Below are positions 61,209 to 64,000 of a stretch of 64,000 nt of DNA, one piece after another; within the stretch, counting starts at the first letter, position 1, and every line of letters begins with the position of its first letter. Below the pieces are notes generated by a model, which saw only the letters and a list, made by a program, of their open reading frames with translations, did no database searches and was not told the origin of the DNA. The stretch comes from Camelus ferus (lineage: Eukaryota), in the NCBI RefSeq assembly GCF_009834535.1, contig NC_045705.1, positions 32,054,001 to 32,118,000 on the forward strand, written 5' to 3'. Position numbers and translations under genes: made by a program.

Positions 61209-62149
61209 AGAACAGTCTTCTAGCAGGACTCAGAGCCCCAAAGTGGAGGCTGGTGGAAGGTTGAACTGATGGGCTGCACTGCTGGAGTTAAGGGAACAAT
61301 CAAGGAGTGTGTAGTTATGAGTCAGTCCTTTGATTCACTTATCTTGTGTCTTATCAATTTACTAGTTCATGATTAAGCATATTTCAGAATCTGCCACCTA
61401 TTGCTTTTCTTTTATTCAATTTAAAATGTTTTAAATGGGACTAGTCAGTGGATGTTAAAGCACATCCATTTAATTTGCTGTAAAACCTTCATGAGCTTAA
61501 TGATGAACTCACAAGTATCAACATAAATATACATGTATAAATATTGACATTTACAGAGACTGAAATTTGTTCAGAAAGCAGAGAAGGGTAAGTCTAGTGG
61601 AGAAAGCCTTGGAGGATATCTTTAGAAAGTGGGTAATGTCCCTATGTGTCAGTGAGTCACTCAGATTTACCATCTGTAGAACCACTAGCTCATTATAGCT
61701 TTCACTTATTCATTTTACTTTAGTTTACACTTATTTAATGTATTTATTTTTGTAATGTTTGGTATATTCCCATGGTCCATCCCCAGCCCCCGCCATGTGG
61801 GAAACACCTGATACATGCTCCCCGACATATTTTATGTGTATTAAAACAAATACCTAAATGTAAGTTAATTTACTTTGTGAAGAGTTATTTTTGTGACAGT
61901 ATAGCTGACAAATATGAGAGGAAGAGTCTATAGGTTTAAAGGCCAATTTGGAGGTTATAGAACAGTATGAGTATAAAACAATAAACATATGATCTAAAGA
62001 AATGTCAGAGGTAATAGAAAAAACAAAAATCAATAATTTTGCATAAATGTGGTATTTTAAGTTGCTGAAGAGATGACCAGTCTATAATAAATTGGAAGTA
62101 AAGATGAGATTATGCTGTGAACATACACAATATAATTATTTATCAGGTA

Positions 62150-62387
62150 TCCAGGATGTTTGCAACAACTTTAGAAACTAAAATACTGATTCTAGCCAGA
62201 TATAGCTTCTCCTGGGGACACTGAGAAACCAAATTCCTCTTTGCGGTCCTATCGTTGATATATATAATGAGATGCTCTGTCCTAAATACCCCTGGTGGGA
62301 CTGTTGTTCACAAGATGTATGGTTTTCTGCCATTTGTCCCATGACCCCCCTTCTCTGCTCATATCTAGCTACCTGCCTACTCTAACA
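62150..62387 (-). mobile_element. ERV1-type LTR fragment (MER34/MER39-like)
   Basis: The minus strand starts TGTTAGAGTAGGCAGGTAGCTAGATATGAGCAG. Confidence 0.7.
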
Positions 62388-62392
62388 ACTAG

Positions 62393-62640
62393 AATTAACA
62401 ATACTGTATTGTATACTTGAAACTTGCTAAGAGTGTCAGACTCAAGTGCTCTCATAAAAAAAAAAGAAAATGGTAACATGTAAAGTCATGAGTATGTTAA
62501 TTAGCTTGATTGTGGTGATTTTTTACACAATGTGTATGTAGATCATACCATCAAATTTTACATCTTGAATACATACAGGGTTTGTTGATCAATTATATCT
62601 CAATAAGTTAAAAAAAGAATAAAACAATATACTAAAAAAG
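62393..62640 (+). mobile_element. L1MA/MB 3' end
   Basis: aacaatactgtattgtatacttgaaacttgctaagag...atcaattatatctcaataa(A)n. Confidence 0.8.
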
Positions 62641-62888
62641 AGGAATGTCTGCTGAGTAATAAAGATAACTTCTGTTACGACTTGTTTGGAGAATGATCAT
62701 GGGGCATGGAGAGAAGACATTTCAAGTTTTGATTAACTTTCGTATAAAATGTTTCTAAAGCTTCTGCTTGTTTTTATTCAAGTTTCCCAAGAAAATTGAA
62801 TTACATCAGAAAACAATAATTAATTTTAATTGCTTGTTTTGAGGCCTCTGAAGAATAAGGAAAGCAATTTTCTCTAGGGTCCTAATTG

Positions 62889-63510
62889 TGTTAGAGAAGG
62901 AAGATAGGTAGACATGAGCAGAGAAAGGGGGACGTAGACCAAATGGCAGGAATTGGGGAAAAAAAGAGGAGAACAGGACCAAATGCAGGAAACCATGCAT
63001 CACACAAACAGCAAGGGTCCCTGGGCCAACAAGGAGAAACAGGAACCCGGGGAGTGATAAGAAACCACACACTTTGGGGTGACAAGTGTCCTGGAGGTGG
63101 ACAAAGGAAGATGGAATAAAGCAGGAATCTCTGGCATCTGATGTAACCTTTTGCTCATTATGGTCTCATTGCAATAAAACTAGCCTTGCAGATTAGAAGC
63201 ACCCACCACGCACCAATGCTATGACACTTCCTATCCAGACTAAATAAGCACAAACATCTATCCTCTCCTCAGGAAGCTGCAGCTGGGATGGAAATCAGGG
63301 AACTCAAACCCTTCCCTCCCCAAAGGGTATTCTGCCCGTTGATTTTTATGCACATGTAACCAACTTGCCAAAGAAACTCAGGGCAGCTGCTCACCTGAGC
63401 CTGCCCGCCCTCCCCTCGAGAGTGCACTACCCTTAATGAATCTTCACTTCTTTCTTGACCTCTGTGTCTCATCTTTGAAATCTTTCTATGATGAGACAAG
63501 AACCTAATCA
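62889..63510 (+). mobile_element. ERV1-type solo LTR (MER34/MER39-like)
   Basis: Starts TGTTAGAGAAGGAAGATAGGTAGACATGAGCAG and ends ...gagacaagaacctaatCA. Confidence 0.75.
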
Positions 63511-63809
63511 CTGGCACCCATGGCAGAAGGCGTGAAAGTACGTATAAGAGTCTTAGCCTCTCCCCCAAACCAGCAAGCTCTCCAGAGGCTGGAGGGGGGC
63601 TGCCTTTTCCACTAGTAAGTTCATTTGCAGTTCTGAGAAAATATGTACACTCTTTACCACGTACAGTATCTAATAGATACCTTAGGTTCAGTCATTTCTT
63701 CATGAAAAAGATCAGTTTGGGGAAATTTTGAGCCACTGCAAACATTAAGTATCTGGACCACAAAGTACATACTTTTCAGAGAGCTTTGAAAAGAGGTCCT
63801 GACTTAGCT

Positions 63810-64000
63810 GAGTGCTGGCAGGGATGTGGAAAAATTGGATCCTTTGGAGACTGCTGGTAGAGATGCAAAATGGTGCAGCTGCTGTGGAAAATAGGAGGGA
63901 AGTTTTTCACAATAAGATAATTAAATAAATATATGATCTGGTAATCCTGCCTCTGGGTATTTATCCAAAAGAATTGAAATCATGATTTCAAAGAAATATT
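63810..64000 (+). mobile_element. L1 ORF2 3' fragment running off the window
   Basis: gagtgctggcagggatgtggaaaaattgga...ggtgcagctgctgtggaaaa...ctgggtatttatccaaaagaattgaaa. Confidence 0.8.

Noticed and set aside
1-64000. CRISPR arrays, rRNA, prokaryotic systems, and the many 60-110 aa ORFs
   Set aside because: The DNA is eutherian, has no repeat-spacer arrays, and such short ORFs are expected by chance or lie in repeats.

Overview
Mammalian genomic DNA, probably a camelid: it carries tRNA-Ala-like SINEs of the Vic-1 type, and I saw no ruminant Bov-A/BovB or pig PRE-1 SINEs. The window holds a tandem cluster of seven class II olfactory receptor (OR) genes, all on the + strand: six of subfamily OR5D (OR5D3-like, two unnamed paralogs, OR5D13-like, one unnamed, OR5D14-like) followed by one OR5L. 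Intergenic DNA is AT-rich and filled with L1, L2, MIR, MLT1, ERV1-type LTRs, hAT MITEs and microsatellites, and there are three N gaps. The best observation is that the first OR has no ATG in its main exon. A 26-nt coding mini-exon 2.6 kb upstream (ATG at 2870, donor at 2896) splices in frame to give a complete 322-aa receptor, so this looks like a split-CDS OR rather than a pseudogene. Other points are a gene-conversion tract between ORs 2 and 3, a shared promoter/first-exon architecture, a possible orphan promoter, CTCF-like motifs 3' of four ORs, a (TTAC)n array at a splice acceptor, nested and 5'-inverted retroelements, and damaging-looking substitutions in several receptors. I found no wholly new class of system. 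Gene and repeat names come from recalled sequences, not database searches, and boundaries of old repeats are approximate.
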